NCBI GenBank assembly: GCA_041179245.1
Contig: JBEGTT010000155.1
Span: 1-52,707 of the forward strand
DNA length: 52,707 bases
Direction: 5' to 3'
Source: Pseudomonadota bacterium
Lineage (GTDB): Bacteria; Pseudomonadota; Gammaproteobacteria; Burkholderiales; Rhodocyclaceae
The notes below the pieces were generated by a model. It did not search any database and had not been told where the DNA came from. It saw only the letters and a list, made by a program, of their open reading frames with translations. Numbering within the stretch: position 1 is the first letter of the stretch; every line of letters starts with the position of its first letter. The translations under genes and the position numbers were made by a program. Shown one piece after another: positions 1 through 12,496 of the stretch.

Positions 1-495
1 TGCTTACGCTTGCGTAGAACAGATTTCTCGATTTCCATAGTGCCCACTAAGTCGTTGTAGTGGAGACTATCTTCCCTATCCATGCCCCCGAAAAACAGAT
101 GACTTCACCGCAGGCTTACAATCAAGAGGCGAATTTGCGTCATTGTTTAGCCTTAATAGAATTGATTGATAACTTCCATTACACGAGCGTTCTCTGTATC
201 CAGTGTTCAAAGTCTACGGCTGGCATTGGTTTGGCAAATAAATAGCTCTGCGATGACTTTGTATCTCAAGTTATGCCCCATTGCAATTTCATGCCAGTGA
301 ATCACCCTCGATTCTATTGACACGTTTTGATGTCTGTTCTGGCTGCGGTGCAAGGTACGAGAACCTTGCCAGCGCGTTCGCCAAATCAAGACTCTGCTGT
401 GCAGTCTGGTCAGCCTTTTAGCAACCGCTATCAAAGGCATTGCGAACCGAAACGGATGGACACAAGAATATCGGCAATGGCCGACAATCGGAAGT

Positions 496-525
496 AAAAA
501 TGGCCCCCAAACTCGGGAGCCATTT
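496..525 (-). terminator. Rho-independent terminator downstream of gyrB
   Basis: Minus strand reads AAATGGCTCCC-GAGTTT-GGGGGCCATTT: an 11-bp stem with one G-U pair that runs into a T tract. It lies about 59 nt past the gyrB stop. Confidence 0.6.
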
Positions 526-583
526 CGTGTGAAATCTAAGATTTATGGGAAAAATCTAGGTTTCAATGGGATCCTACAAAACG

Positions 584-3082
<2,499 letters not shown>

Positions 3083-3125
3083 TCAACATTGCTACTGGTG
3101 TGACGATTACGGCTAAAGAATGAAA

Positions 3126-4232
3126 TTAAATCCGCATTGGCATAACGACATACTTGAATTGGCTATTACCCGGAATGGTAATTAATGAGCTGGAATTGGC
3201 ATCATTGAAACTCCACAGCACATCCTCAGTCTGGATATTGTTCAGTACATCCAAGAGATAACCCACATTAAAGCCTACGTCGAGCGTATCACCGTTATAG
3301 CTAACTTCGATTTCTTCTTGAGCTTCTTCCTGCTCTGCATTGGCCGCCACAATCTTCAAGCTGTTATCCGTTAGCAATAAACGTACACCACGGAATTTTT
3401 CATTGGTCAGGATGGCCACCCGTTGCATCGCTTGCATCAACTGCATCCGATTGACGGAAAGCTCATTCTTGAGCAAGGTCGGGATCACACGTTGGTAATC
3501 AGGAAATTTTCCGTCAATTAATTTTGTGACCAAATTGACATTAGCGAACTTAAATTTAAGCTGGTTCGCCGTCATATCGATCATCAGCGGATCAGCGTTA
3601 TCACCCAGCAAACGGTTAAGTTCCAAAATCGTTTTACGCGGAACAATCATTTCCATGCGTGGGTAATCGCCGTCCAATGCTTGGGATGCAAAAGCAAGTC
3701 GATGTCCATCCGTAGCAACCGCGCGAAGCTCATTTCCTTCTACCATGAGCAATAAGCCATTCAGGTAGTAACGAACATCCTGCGCAGCCATCGCGTATTG
3801 GGTTTTGGCTATCAGTTGTTTGAATTGTTGCTGTGTCACTTGAATAGATTGTGTATCACCTTCATTCAGGACCATTAAGGGGAAATCTTGTGCTGGCAGC
3901 GTTTGTAGATTGAAACGGCTTTTACCTGCTTTTAGCTGAAGACGTTTTTCATCCTGAGCCAGCGTAATGTCAGCACTTTCAGGAAGTGAACGAAGGATAT
4001 CCAGAAGTTTTTTGGCAGACACCGTTAGGGAACCATCATGTCCACCTTCAAAATTTCCCTGAGAAGTAGTGATTTGAATTTCAATATCTGTTGCCAATAA
4101 CGTTAAATCTGAACCTACTCTTTCAAGTAAAACATTCGAGAGAATTGGCAAGGTATGCCGACGTTCGACAATTCCTGAAACTGATTGTAGAGGCACTAAC
4201 AGGGCATCTCGCTTACATTGAATAGTAAACAT
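3126..4232 (-). CDS. dnaN: DNA polymerase III beta sliding clamp
   Basis: 368-aa ORF between dnaA and gyrB. Length and N-terminus (MFTIQCKRDALLVPLQSVSGIVERRHTLPILSNVLL) are typical of beta clamps. Confidence 0.95.
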   Translation of the reverse strand: MFTIQCKRDALLVPLQSVSGIVERRHTLPILSNVLLERVGSDLTLLATDIEIQITTSQGNFEGGHDGSLTVSAKKLLDILRSLPESADITLAQDEKRLQLKAGKSRFNLQTLPAQDFPLMVLNEGDTQSIQVTQQQFKQLIAKTQYAMAAQDVRYYLNGLLLMVEGNELRAVATDGHRLAFASQALDGDYPRMEMIVPRKTILELNRLLGDNADPLMIDMTANQLKFKFANVNLVTKLIDGKFPDYQRVIPTLLKNELSVNRMQLMQAMQRVAILTNEKFRGVRLLLTDNSLKIVAANAEQEEAQEEIEVSYNGDTLDVGFNVGYLLDVLNNIQTEDVLWSFNDANSSSLITIPGNSQFKYVVMPMRI

Positions 4233-4271
4233 GTATATAAGCTCCTATAAAAACTATGTTCGTAACAAATC

Positions 4272-4439
4272 TGTGGATATCTTAACTTAAAGCAAAAAAA
4301 TCAATTAGATAAAGACTAAAAAAGGGTACTGATAAAGCTGTGAACTGCATGTTGATGGATTGGGGATAAAAAAGAGCTTTTGCCTAAATGGGTAAGTTGT
4401 CCACAATTCATCCCTTGGGTTATTCATAGTTTATCCACA
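4272..4439. promoter_or_regulatory. DnaA-box cluster in the AT-rich dnaA-dnaN spacer (candidate oriC or dnaN control region)
   Basis: Boxes matching TTATCCACA or its complement: TGTGGATAT 4272-4280 (8/9), TGGGGATAA 4361-4369 (8/9), TTGTCCACA 4397-4405 (8/9), TTATCCACA 4431-4439 (9/9), and a weaker TTATTCATA 4420-4428. The flanking stretch 4233-4340 is very AT-rich. Confidence 0.55.
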
Positions 4440-4450
4440 GGGCTTTAGGC

Positions 4451-5809
4451 TCATCCCTTCAGAACTTGAAGAAGGACATGTAAGTCATGGTTTAGTTCAT
4501 TGTCCTTTTTTCGCAGCTCATCAATTGTTTTGACAGCGTGCATTACCGTCGTATGGTCTCTGCCACCAAAGGCATCACCAATCATGGGATAACTCCGCTG
4601 GGTCAGCTCTTTGCACAGCCACATGGCAATTTGGCGAGGCCTAGCCAGAAGGCGTGTTCTCTTTTTGGAGAACATGTCAGCAACCTTAATTTTATAGAAA
4701 TCAGCAACGGTCTTTTGGATAACCTCAACCGTAATGTTTCTAGACAGGCCAATCATGTCCTTCAGGGCATCTTTGGTCACATCCAAGTTGATTTTTTTCC
4801 CGTGGAAAAGTGAGTAAGCCATGACTTTTTTCAGGGCGCCTTCCAGTTCTCTAACATTTGACCGTAAATGTTTAGCAATGAAAAAGGCGACTTCATCGTC
4901 CAGCTGAATGCCTTCCGACTCTGCTTTTTTCTTCAGGATAGCAACCCGCATTTCGGTTTCAGGAGGTTCAACTTGAACCGTTAAGCCCCAATCAAAACGC
5001 GTAATCAGGCGCTCATCTAATCCAGAAATATTTTTGGGATAGGTATCGCAGGTAATCACAATCTGCTTTTTAGCCTCACTTAGCGCGTTAAAAGCATAAA
5101 AAAACTGTTCTTGGCTACGTTCCTTATTGATGAAAAACTGAATGTCATCAACCAAGAGAACATCCAAAGAACGGTAGTACTGCTTGAATTGTTCAATGGT
5201 TTGCTGGCGATAGGCTTTAACCATCTCAGAATAGAAATCTTCAGCGTGAACATAACGGATAGATTTTTTTGGCTGGTTTTGGTGGATATGGTTACCAATT
5301 GCCAGCATCAAGTGAGTTTTGCCTAAACCCGTTCCACCATAGATAAATAGCGGGTTGTAGGCGCCACCGGGGTTTTCGGCAACCTGCATGGCAGCAGCGC
5401 GAGCCAGATCATTTGCCCGACCAACCACTAGGTTATCAAATGAAAATTCTGATTGAAGGCGTGTTTTTCGGTACGGTTCAAGCGTATCGCTATTAGGTTT
5501 TTTTACAACAGGGGTGAAATCATCAACCGATTTTTTTTCTTCTGTAGATTTCGGTTTAGGAACTGATTTGCCGATGATTAGGTCTACGCTGACATCTGTA
5601 TTGAAGTAGAGCTGGGCAAGTTTTGTGATCTTGTTTAAGTATTTATCTCTGATCCACTTTAAGACGAAACCATTTGAAGCAATCAGGGTCAGGCCTTGTT
5701 CTGGGGCATTCTCGCCTTCCAGTTGAAGTGGCTTTATCCAGGTTGAAAATTGCTGAGGAGGCAATTCCTGTTCAAAGTGTTGCAAGCAAGATTGCCAGAA
5801 AGAGGGCAT
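4451..5809 (-). CDS. dnaA: Chromosomal replication initiator DnaA
   Basis: 452 aa. AAA+ Walker A GGTGLGKTHL, Walker B LLVDDIQF, and domain IV signature IGDAFGGRDHTTVMHA. Confidence 0.97.
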   Translation of the reverse strand: MPSFWQSCLQHFEQELPPQQFSTWIKPLQLEGENAPEQGLTLIASNGFVLKWIRDKYLNKITKLAQLYFNTDVSVDLIIGKSVPKPKSTEEKKSVDDFTPVVKKPNSDTLEPYRKTRLQSEFSFDNLVVGRANDLARAAAMQVAENPGGAYNPLFIYGGTGLGKTHLMLAIGNHIHQNQPKKSIRYVHAEDFYSEMVKAYRQQTIEQFKQYYRSLDVLLVDDIQFFINKERSQEQFFYAFNALSEAKKQIVITCDTYPKNISGLDERLITRFDWGLTVQVEPPETEMRVAILKKKAESEGIQLDDEVAFFIAKHLRSNVRELEGALKKVMAYSLFHGKKINLDVTKDALKDMIGLSRNITVEVIQKTVADFYKIKVADMFSKKRTRLLARPRQIAMWLCKELTQRSYPMIGDAFGGRDHTTVMHAVKTIDELRKKDNELNHDLHVLLQVLKG

Positions 5810-5868
5810 AAAAAACCGAGTCAGACTTCAGTGTGGAGGGTCGTGAATTCTACCGATTCCTCGGAAAG

Positions 5869-5877
5869 TTATCCACA
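5869..5877. promoter_or_regulatory. Perfect DnaA box upstream of dnaA (likely autoregulation site)
   Basis: TTATCCACA, exact consensus, 60 nt upstream of the dnaA start in the 97-bp divergent spacer. Confidence 0.5.
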
Positions 5878-5906
5878 GCTTTTAGGAATATTGAAACAAT
5901 CTATCC

Positions 5907-8900
5907 ATGGCTCAGACAGCGCACAACCCATCAGTTAAAATCACCAGTCCTTTGAAAAGTTCAATTCCCACCATGACAGCACGCCTGCGTGAAATTCCTT
6001 ACAACTACACCTCCTTTTCTGACCGCGAAATCGTTATTCGTTTACTTGGAGAGGAAAACTGGGCGATTCTCGATGAATTACGCAGCGAACGCGTCACAGG
6101 CCGCTCTGCGCGAATGCTCTATGAAGTACTCGGGGATATTTGGGTTGTGCAGCGAAATCCTTATTTGGAAGATGATCTCTTAGCGAATGTGGATCGTAGA
6201 GTTGCCTTGGTCAATGCGCTGAAGCACCGTTTGTCAGAAGTCGAAAAGCGTCGGCATGCGACAGAAAATGAAGATGTATCGAGGAGCAGCAAAGTCGCGA
6301 GGTTGGTGCTTGCTGCACAGGAGGCATTGCAGCGCTTCGAGTTGAACTTTGAAATAACTACAAAACTCCGGCGCAAAGTTTCCAGAGAACTGAGCCGCCA
6401 CACACGCAAAGACAATATTGCTTTTGATGGGCTTGCACGGGTTTCTCATGTCACCGATGCCACCGATTGGCGAGTGGAGTATCCCTTTGTCGTTCTGTAT
6501 CCTGATACGGAAGAAGAAATAGCACCGCTGGTACGAGGGTGCATCAATGCGGGGCTAACGATTATTCCGCGTGGCGCTGGTACCGGATACACCGGTGGGG
6601 CCGTCCCGCTTACGCCATTTTCAGCGGTGATTAATACCGAAAAATTGATCGATATTGGTTCGGTTGAACAGACCATCTTGCCTGGTCATACCCAGCCTTA
6701 TGCCACCGTACGTACAAGTGTTGGGGTGGTTACTGACCGCGTTTCCGAAGCAGCCTCAGCGGCTGGCCTTGTCTTTGCCGTGGACCCCACTTCTGCCAGT
6801 GCTTCCTGTATTGGTGGAAATATTGCGATGAATGCGGGGGGCAAAAAAGCGGTGTTGTGGGGTACCGCACTGGACAATCTGGCTTGGTGGAAGATGGTCA
6901 CACCAGACGGTAACTGGTTGGAAACTGAACGACTTAACCATAACTTCGGAAAAATTCACGAGCAGGAACAAGTAGAGTTTCGGCTGAGACGTTTTAGCCC
7001 TGATGGCAAGAAGATGTTGGGTGAAGAAATTTTGTCTATGCCAGGTTCGGCTTGTCGGAAAGCTGGGCTCGGAAAAGATGTGACTGATAAGTTTTTAGGT
7101 GGTGTGCCAGGGGTTCAAAAAGAAGGTACTGATGGGATTATTGTCGCTGCTCGCTGGGTGCTGCATAAGATGCCCCCAGTTGCTCGAACCGTGTGTCTGG
7201 AATTTTTTGGACAGGTAAGAGAAGCCGTTCCAGCCATCGTTGAAATTACCGATTATTTTAAGCCGGGTGGTGCTGGGCACGCAGCAGGGGTTCAACTTGC
7301 TGGCCTTGAACATTTGGATGAGCGTTACGTTAAAGCCGTAGGTTATGCCACCAAAGCCAAGCGTCACGGTCGTCCCAAGATGGTGCTGATTGGCGACATT
7401 GTTGGTCACGATGAAGCTATTGTGATGGCTGCGGTATCGGAAGTTGTACGCATGACCAATGCCCGAGGTTCTGAAGGCTTTATTGCCGTGACCCCGGAAA
7501 CGCGCAAAAAATTCTGGCTTGACCGTTCGCGTACAGCAGCGATTTCCCGTCACACCAATGCGTTTAAGGTCAATGAAGACGTAGTCATTCCATTGCCTCG
7601 TATGGGTGAATATTGCGACGGCATCGAACGTATCAATATCGAGTTATCAATTCAGAACAAACTCGCACTTTGTGATGCGTTAAGCGAATTTTTCCAAGGC
7701 GATTTACCGGTGCGTGTTGGTGATACGGCATTGGAAAAAGACGTGCTGATTGGTGACCGTCGCGAGCAGGCTATTGAGCATGTCGCGCAGGTCCGCCAGC
7801 GCTGGCAGTGGTTGTTAGATAACCTTGATTCGCCACTGACAGCAGCGGAAAACCATTTTGCCGAATTAGGAGTTAAAGCGGCTGAACTCAGCAATCGGGC
7901 AGAAAATCCAAAGTTGTTTCATCGCCTGCAGGATTATTCGGTGCGTGTGTCGTGGAAAACCGAACTCAAAGAACCATTGGAAATCCTGTTTGACGGAGGC
8001 ATCTACCGTCCGATCAGTGAGCGCATGGAGTCTATCCAGAAGAAAGTGTTGCGGGGGCGTGTTTTTGTCGCTCTGCACATGCATGCGGGTGATGGCAACG
8101 TACATACCAATATTCCGGTTAATTCTGATAATTATGAAATGCTACAAACGGCGCATAAGGCTGTTGAACGCATCATGCATTTGGCGCGCGCTCTAGATGG
8201 TGTTATCTCTGGCGAGCATGGGATCGGTATTACTAAGCTGGAATTTCTAACCGAAGATGAAATTGCCCCCTTCCGTGCCTACAAACAAAAAATTGACCCG
8301 GATGGCCATTTCAACAAGGGTAAATTAATGCCCGGTGGCGATATGGCTAATGCCTACACCCCGTCATTTAGCCTGTTGGGCACCGAGTCTCTGATTATGG
8401 AGCAGTCCGAAATTGGAAAAATTTCGGAAATGGTTAAAAACTGTCTGCGTTGCGGCAAGTGCAAACCAGTGTGTTCAACGCATGTGCCGCGAGCCAATTT
8501 GCTTTACAGCCCGCGCAACAAAATTTTAAGTGTTGGCCTGCTGACTGAAGCCTTTTTGTACGAGGAGCAGACCCGGCGTGGCATTTCCTTGCAGCATTTT
8601 GATGAATTTAATGATGTGGCTGACCATTGCACGGTCTGCCATCGTTGCGAAAAACCTTGCCCCGTCGACATCGACTTTGGTGATGTCACGGTAGCCATGC
8701 GTAACCTGTTACGTAAGCAGGGCAAAAAACGCTTTAGCCCCGGCACGGCTGCGTCAATGGCCTTTTTGTCACTGAAAGATCCATCAACGATCAAGATGAT
8801 GCGTTTAGTGATGATGGATTTCGGATTTAAGGCACAACGCTTGGCGCATAAAGTTGCGAAGTCCATTGGCTTGTTTAGCGACATGCGAAATAACCCCCCG

Positions 8901-9848
8901 GCTTCACTGGGAAAACCTTCTGTCAAAACGCAGTTGATTCATTTTATGAATCGCCCTATGCCTGGTAATTTGCCAAAACGAACCTCTCGCGCCTTGTTGG
9001 ATATTGAAGATGACAAGGTGATCCCAGTGATCCGTAATCCACAGAAAACGACGGAAGATTCCGATGCTGTTTTCTATTTCCCGGGTTGTGGTTCTGAGCG
9101 GCTATTTTCTCAAGTTGGGCTAGCGACTCAAGCGATGCTTTATGAAGTCGGTGCAACGACGGTGTTACCGCCGGGGTACTTATGTTGCGGATATCCGCAA
9201 ACCTCTTCGGGCGATGAAGATAAAGGCCAAAAAATCACCACGGATAATCGCGTGTTGTTCCACCGAGTGGCCAATACCCTGAATTATCTCGATATCAAGA
9301 CGGTGATCGTTTCATGTGGAACTTGCATGGATCAGTTACAGAAATATCAGTTTGAGAAGATTTTCCCGGGTTGCCGTTTGCTGGATATTCACGAATATCT
9401 AATGGAGAAGGGAGTCGCTTTGAAAGGCGTCGAAGGGACGCGTTATATGTATCACGACCCATGCCATTCACCGATGAAGGCTTATGCCCCGCTGCAAGTT
9501 ACTAAGGCGCTGATGGGCCAAGACGTGCCGCTTTCAGACCGGTGTTGCGGGGATGCGGGTTCGTTTGCCTATGCCCGACCTGATATCGCGACACAGGTTA
9601 AATTCCGCAAGCAGGAAGAAATCGAAAAAGGGGCAGAGAAACTCCGCACTGACGGTTTTGCAGGGAAGGTCAAAATTTTGACTTCTTGTCCCGCTTGTTT
9701 GCAGGGGCTATCTCGTTACGATGACGATGCTAATACCAAGGCGGATTACATTGTGGTCGAAATGGCCAAACACTTACTTGGCGAAAGCTGGATGCCGGAT
9801 TACGTCCAAAAAGCAAACCATGGTGGTATTGAACGGATATTGCTGTGA
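5907..9848 (+). CDS. DUF3683-type N-domain fused to an FAD-linked oxidase (GlcD-like) and an Fe-S/CCG oxidoreductase (GlcF/GlpC-like)
   Basis: 1313 aa. N-terminal [27 protein letters not shown]-binding [14 protein letters not shown], two CxxCxxCxxxC motifs ([22 protein letters not shown]) and two CCG motifs (CCGYP, CCGDAG). The start could instead be the internal Met at 5973. Confidence 0.85.
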   Translation: MAQTAHNPSVKITSPLKSSIPTMTARLREIPYNYTSFSDREIVIRLLGEENWAILDELRSERVTGRSARMLYEVLGDIWVVQRNPYLEDDLLANVDRRVALVNALKHRLSEVEKRRHATENEDVSRSSKVARLVLAAQEALQRFELNFEITTKLRRKVSRELSRHTRKDNIAFDGLARVSHVTDATDWRVEYPFVVLYPDTEEEIAPLVRGCINAGLTIIPRGAGTGYTGGAVPLTPFSAVINTEKLIDIGSVEQTILPGHTQPYATVRTSVGVVTDRVSEAASAAGLVFAVDPTSASASCIGGNIAMNAGGKKAVLWGTALDNLAWWKMVTPDGNWLETERLNHNFGKIHEQEQVEFRLRRFSPDGKKMLGEEILSMPGSACRKAGLGKDVTDKFLGGVPGVQKEGTDGIIVAARWVLHKMPPVARTVCLEFFGQVREAVPAIVEITDYFKPGGAGHAAGVQLAGLEHLDERYVKAVGYATKAKRHGRPKMVLIGDIVGHDEAIVMAAVSEVVRMTNARGSEGFIAVTPETRKKFWLDRSRTAAISRHTNAFKVNEDVVIPLPRMGEYCDGIERINIELSIQNKLALCDALSEFFQGDLPVRVGDTALEKDVLIGDRREQAIEHVAQVRQRWQWLLDNLDSPLTAAENHFAELGVKAAELSNRAENPKLFHRLQDYSVRVSWKTELKEPLEILFDGGIYRPISERMESIQKKVLRGRVFVALHMHAGDGNVHTNIPVNSDNYEMLQTAHKAVERIMHLARALDGVISGEHGIGITKLEFLTEDEIAPFRAYKQKIDPDGHFNKGKLMPGGDMANAYTPSFSLLGTESLIMEQSEIGKISEMVKNCLRCGKCKPVCSTHVPRANLLYSPRNKILSVGLLTEAFLYEEQTRRGISLQHFDEFNDVADHCTVCHRCEKPCPVDIDFGDVTVAMRNLLRKQGKKRFSPGTAASMAFLSLKDPSTIKMMRLVMMDFGFKAQRLAHKVAKSIGLFSDMRNNPPASLGKPSVKTQLIHFMNRPMPGNLPKRTSRALLDIEDDKVIPVIRNPQKTTEDSDAVFYFPGCGSERLFSQVGLATQAMLYEVGATTVLPPGYLCCGYPQTSSGDEDKGQKITTDNRVLFHRVANTLNYLDIKTVIVSCGTCMDQLQKYQFEKIFPGCRLLDIHEYLMEKGVALKGVEGTRYMYHDPCHSPMKAYAPLQVTKALMGQDVPLSDRCCGDAGSFAYARPDIATQVKFRKQEEIEKGAEKLRTDGFAGKVKILTSCPACLQGLSRYDDDANTKADYIVVEMAKHLLGESWMPDYVQKANHGGIERILL

Positions 9849-10291
9849 CCGTCGGCCAAGATAATTGTCCTTTGTGTTCGGGCGTTGGCGGTGAGCTGCT
9901 TTGGCAATCTCCTCGTTGTCGAATTATTCGTGTTGCCAATGCCGACTACCCCGATTTTTGCCGGGTCATTTGGACTGAGCACATTAAAGAAATGACGGAT
10001 CTGGTGCCGGAAGATCGTCAATATTTGATGGTTGTAGTGCTGACCGTTGAAGACGTTTTGCGTCGCTTACTTTCACCGGATAAGATCAACCTCGCCAGTT
10101 TTGGGAATGTGGTGCCACATTTGCATTGGCATGTGATTCCGCGTTGGCTGGAAGATAAACACTTTCCCGAACCGGTCTGGGGTAAAGCACAACGCGAATC
10201 CGCTCATCCAGAGAAGCGCGTTGATAGTGAAACCATCGCGGTAGCGCTTAGCGAAATTCTAGAAGTGCGGCTGGCTAAGTTAGTGGCTTAA
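9845..10291 (+). CDS. HIT-family (histidine triad) protein
   Basis: 148 aa with the histidine triad HLHWHVIPR. Its GTG start overlaps the upstream TGA stop (GTGA). Confidence 0.85.
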   Translation: MTVGQDNCPLCSGVGGELLWQSPRCRIIRVANADYPDFCRVIWTEHIKEMTDLVPEDRQYLMVVVLTVEDVLRRLLSPDKINLASFGNVVPHLHWHVIPRWLEDKHFPEPVWGKAQRESAHPEKRVDSETIAVALSEILEVRLAKLVA

Positions 10292-10336
10292 GCTGGCTTG
10301 TTAAATCGACCCGATAAACTTACACGAGAATAAATT

Positions 10337-11074
10337 ATGGAAGAGCGCACAACGCATTTTGGTTTTCAGCAAGTGGCTGAAAATCTGAAAGCCGGTAAAG
10401 TCGCCGAGGTGTTTGATTCTGTTGCGAATCGGTATGACGTGATGAATGATGTGATGTCAGCTGGCCTGCATCGCGTCTGGAAGGCTTTTGCGATTACCCA
10501 AAGTGGGGTGCGTGAAGGGTCGCGGGTACTTGATATTGCCGGCGGTACAGGTGATTTGTCGCTGGCCCTTGCCAAGCGTGTCGGGCGTAGCGGCCAGGTT
10601 TGGTTAACCGACATCAACAATGCGATGTTGTCGCGAGGTCGAGATCGACTAGCCGATAAAGGCTATTTGGTGCCGACAGCGCAATGTGATGCTGAGAAAC
10701 TCCCATTTCCAGATAATTGGTTCGACTGTGTGACGGTGGCTTTTGGGTTGAGAAACATGACGCATAAAGACGGGGCTTTGGCAGAAATGTACCGCGTGCT
10801 CAAGCCCGGCGGTCGTGTGCTGGTGCTGGAGTTTTCGCAAGTCTGGAAACCGCTGGCACCGTTATACGATTTTTATTCCTTTAAGATCATTCCATCGCTG
10901 GGCAAGTTGCTTGCCAATGACGCCGAAAGTTATAACTATCTTGCGGAATCGATTCGGATGCATCCAGATCAAGAAACATTAAAAAACATATTGGAGCAAG
11001 TTGGCTTTAGCCGTGTGGATTACAATAATTTGGCGATGGGTGTAGTTGCCCTTCACCGTGGTTTCAAAGTTTGA
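10337..11074 (+). CDS. ubiE: Ubiquinone/menaquinone C-methyltransferase UbiE
   Basis: 245 aa. N-terminal THFGFQ...[20 protein letters not shown] motif [12 protein letters not shown]-terminal [11 protein letters not shown]. Confidence 0.93.
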   Translation: MEERTTHFGFQQVAENLKAGKVAEVFDSVANRYDVMNDVMSAGLHRVWKAFAITQSGVREGSRVLDIAGGTGDLSLALAKRVGRSGQVWLTDINNAMLSRGRDRLADKGYLVPTAQCDAEKLPFPDNWFDCVTVAFGLRNMTHKDGALAEMYRVLKPGGRVLVLEFSQVWKPLAPLYDFYSFKIIPSLGKLLANDAESYNYLAESIRMHPDQETLKNILEQVGFSRVDYNNLAMGVVALHRGFKV

Positions 11075-11090
11075 TTTGAGAGAGGTTTGC

Positions 11091-12008
11091 ATGAAAAAAG
11101 TACTGATTGCCTTGACGCTGGTCGTTGCAGCTTTAACGTTGCCCGTGACAGATGCGGAGGCGAAGCGGTTAGGGAGTGGTAGATCTGTCGGAATGCAGCG
11201 GGATATGAGCGCGAGCCGTCCTTCTGCGCCCCCTGCGCAACAAGCTGCGCCAGTTCCTCATGCTAACCCAGCGCCGACCGCTGCTGCGCCAGCAGCCCAG
11301 CCCAAACGTAGTTGGATGGGGCCACTAGCTGGATTGGCTGCGGGATTGGGTATAGGTGCCTTATTGGGTGGTTCGGGCATGTTTGGCGGTGGAGGCGGTG
11401 GTGGTTTTATGGAAATTCTGATGTTCGGCTTGCTTGCGTTCGTTGGATATAAATTGTTTCAGGCGTATCAGGCCAAGAAGTTAGCTGGCTCAGCAACTCC
11501 AGCCGATCCGATGCAGTATGCAGGCGTGGGTGGCCCGAGCATGGCACCGATCCAAAATGAACCCATTGATGTAACGCCAACCTATGTGGGCAGCAGCACC
11601 TCAAGCGCCTCGTCGACAACTTTGCCAGTCCCTACGCTTCCGGTAGATTTCGACAAGGAAGCTTTCCTGCGGGTGGCCAAGGTGAATTACATCCGTATGC
11701 AGGCTGCGTTTGATGCTGGCAATGTGGATGATTTGCGTGAATTTACTTCACCAGAACTATTTGCTGAGATCAAGATGGACCTTAATGAGCGTGCCGGCAA
11801 GAGTCAACAGACCGATGTGGTAACGCTGGATGCTGAGTTGCTCGACCTTGTTGTTCAAGGTGCTCAGAATGTCGCTAGCGTTCGGTTCCATGGTTTGATT
11901 CGTGAAGAAACAGGTGGCCCGGCTGAACCTGTGGATGAAATCTGGCATCTAGCTAAACCAACTGATGGTAGTCGTGGCTGGGTTGTGGCCGGGATTCAAC
12001 AGCACTAA
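11091..12008 (+). CDS. Tim44-like domain membrane protein (ubiquinone-cluster associated)
   Basis: Start trimmed to ATG 11091 (MKKVLIALTL, signal-like). Ala/Pro-rich linker, Gly-rich hydrophobic segment, and a C-terminal Tim44-like region (FDKEAFLRVAKVNYIRMQAAFDAGNVDDLREFTSPELF...WVVAGIQQ). Confidence 0.75.
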   Translation: MKKVLIALTLVVAALTLPVTDAEAKRLGSGRSVGMQRDMSASRPSAPPAQQAAPVPHANPAPTAAAPAAQPKRSWMGPLAGLAAGLGIGALLGGSGMFGGGGGGGFMEILMFGLLAFVGYKLFQAYQAKKLAGSATPADPMQYAGVGGPSMAPIQNEPIDVTPTYVGSSTSSASSTTLPVPTLPVDFDKEAFLRVAKVNYIRMQAAFDAGNVDDLREFTSPELFAEIKMDLNERAGKSQQTDVVTLDAELLDLVVQGAQNVASVRFHGLIREETGGPAEPVDEIWHLAKPTDGSRGWVVAGIQQH

Positions 12009-12496
12009 TGCTCGAATTAGCTAGGCTCATGAATTACCGGGCCGCAGTTGCCTGTGCTTTTAACCGAGTTCTGCAGCAGCAACCAGAACGTTTGCGGAAC
12101 TCGTTAAAGCCTTTCCAAGGTAAAACCCTGCGTGTTGCTTTGGAGAGGCCAGTGCTGACACTGGATTTTGTGGTTAATGCGGACGGTGAATTGGAGGCGG
12201 GCCTTGAGTCTTCAGAGACCAGCCCAAAGTCTGACGTCTCGATTCGGTTACAAGGGGGCTTGCCATTTCCCCCGGTGTCGCTCGAAAGTTTATTGAGCCA
12301 AGCCCATATTGCCGGGAATGCTGAGTTTGCCGAGACCCTGTCATTCCTGATGAAGAACCTTTCCATCCATCCGGGAGATTTGGCTCACCCGCTACTGGGG
12401 GATGTATTGACCCATCGATTCGAACAGGCGCTGACCTGTGGAGGTCGGCACCTGTTTAATGCCGCATCAATGTTGTCTCAGAAATTAAGCAGATAA
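12008..12496 (+). CDS. ubiJ: SCP2-domain ubiquinone accessory factor (UbiJ-like)
   Basis: 162 aa, TAATG junction with the Tim44-like gene. SCP2-like N-terminal pattern ([46 protein letters not shown]). The position after ubiE and Tim44 is typical. Confidence 0.6.
   Translation: MLELARLMNYRAAVACAFNRVLQQQPERLRNSLKPFQGKTLRVALERPVLTLDFVVNADGELEAGLESSETSPKSDVSIRLQGGLPFPPVSLESLLSQAHIAGNAEFAETLSFLMKNLSIHPGDLAHPLLGDVLTHRFEQALTCGGRHLFNAASMLSQKLSR

Noticed and set aside
60-440. ORFs 60-245 (plus) and 207-440 (minus) as real genes, e.g. a toxin-antitoxin pair or an integrase remnant.
   Set aside because: No family motif, no Shine-Dalgarno, and they overlap each other. I looked for tyrosine-recombinase C-terminal signatures (HxLRH...Y) in all frames and found none.
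11046-11090. Long N-terminal extensions in the ORF track: 11046 (Tim44-like), 15866 (gatC), 27204 (lrp-family), 29343 (dps), 31569 (GATase), 34464 (RTX), 37275 (tlpA-like), 37248 (xth), 43144 (oxyR), 43818 (rsuA).
   Set aside because: In each case an internal start gives an N-terminus collinear with the family (or a proper signal peptide), usually with a better ribosome-binding site, and removes implausible overlaps with neighbouring genes.
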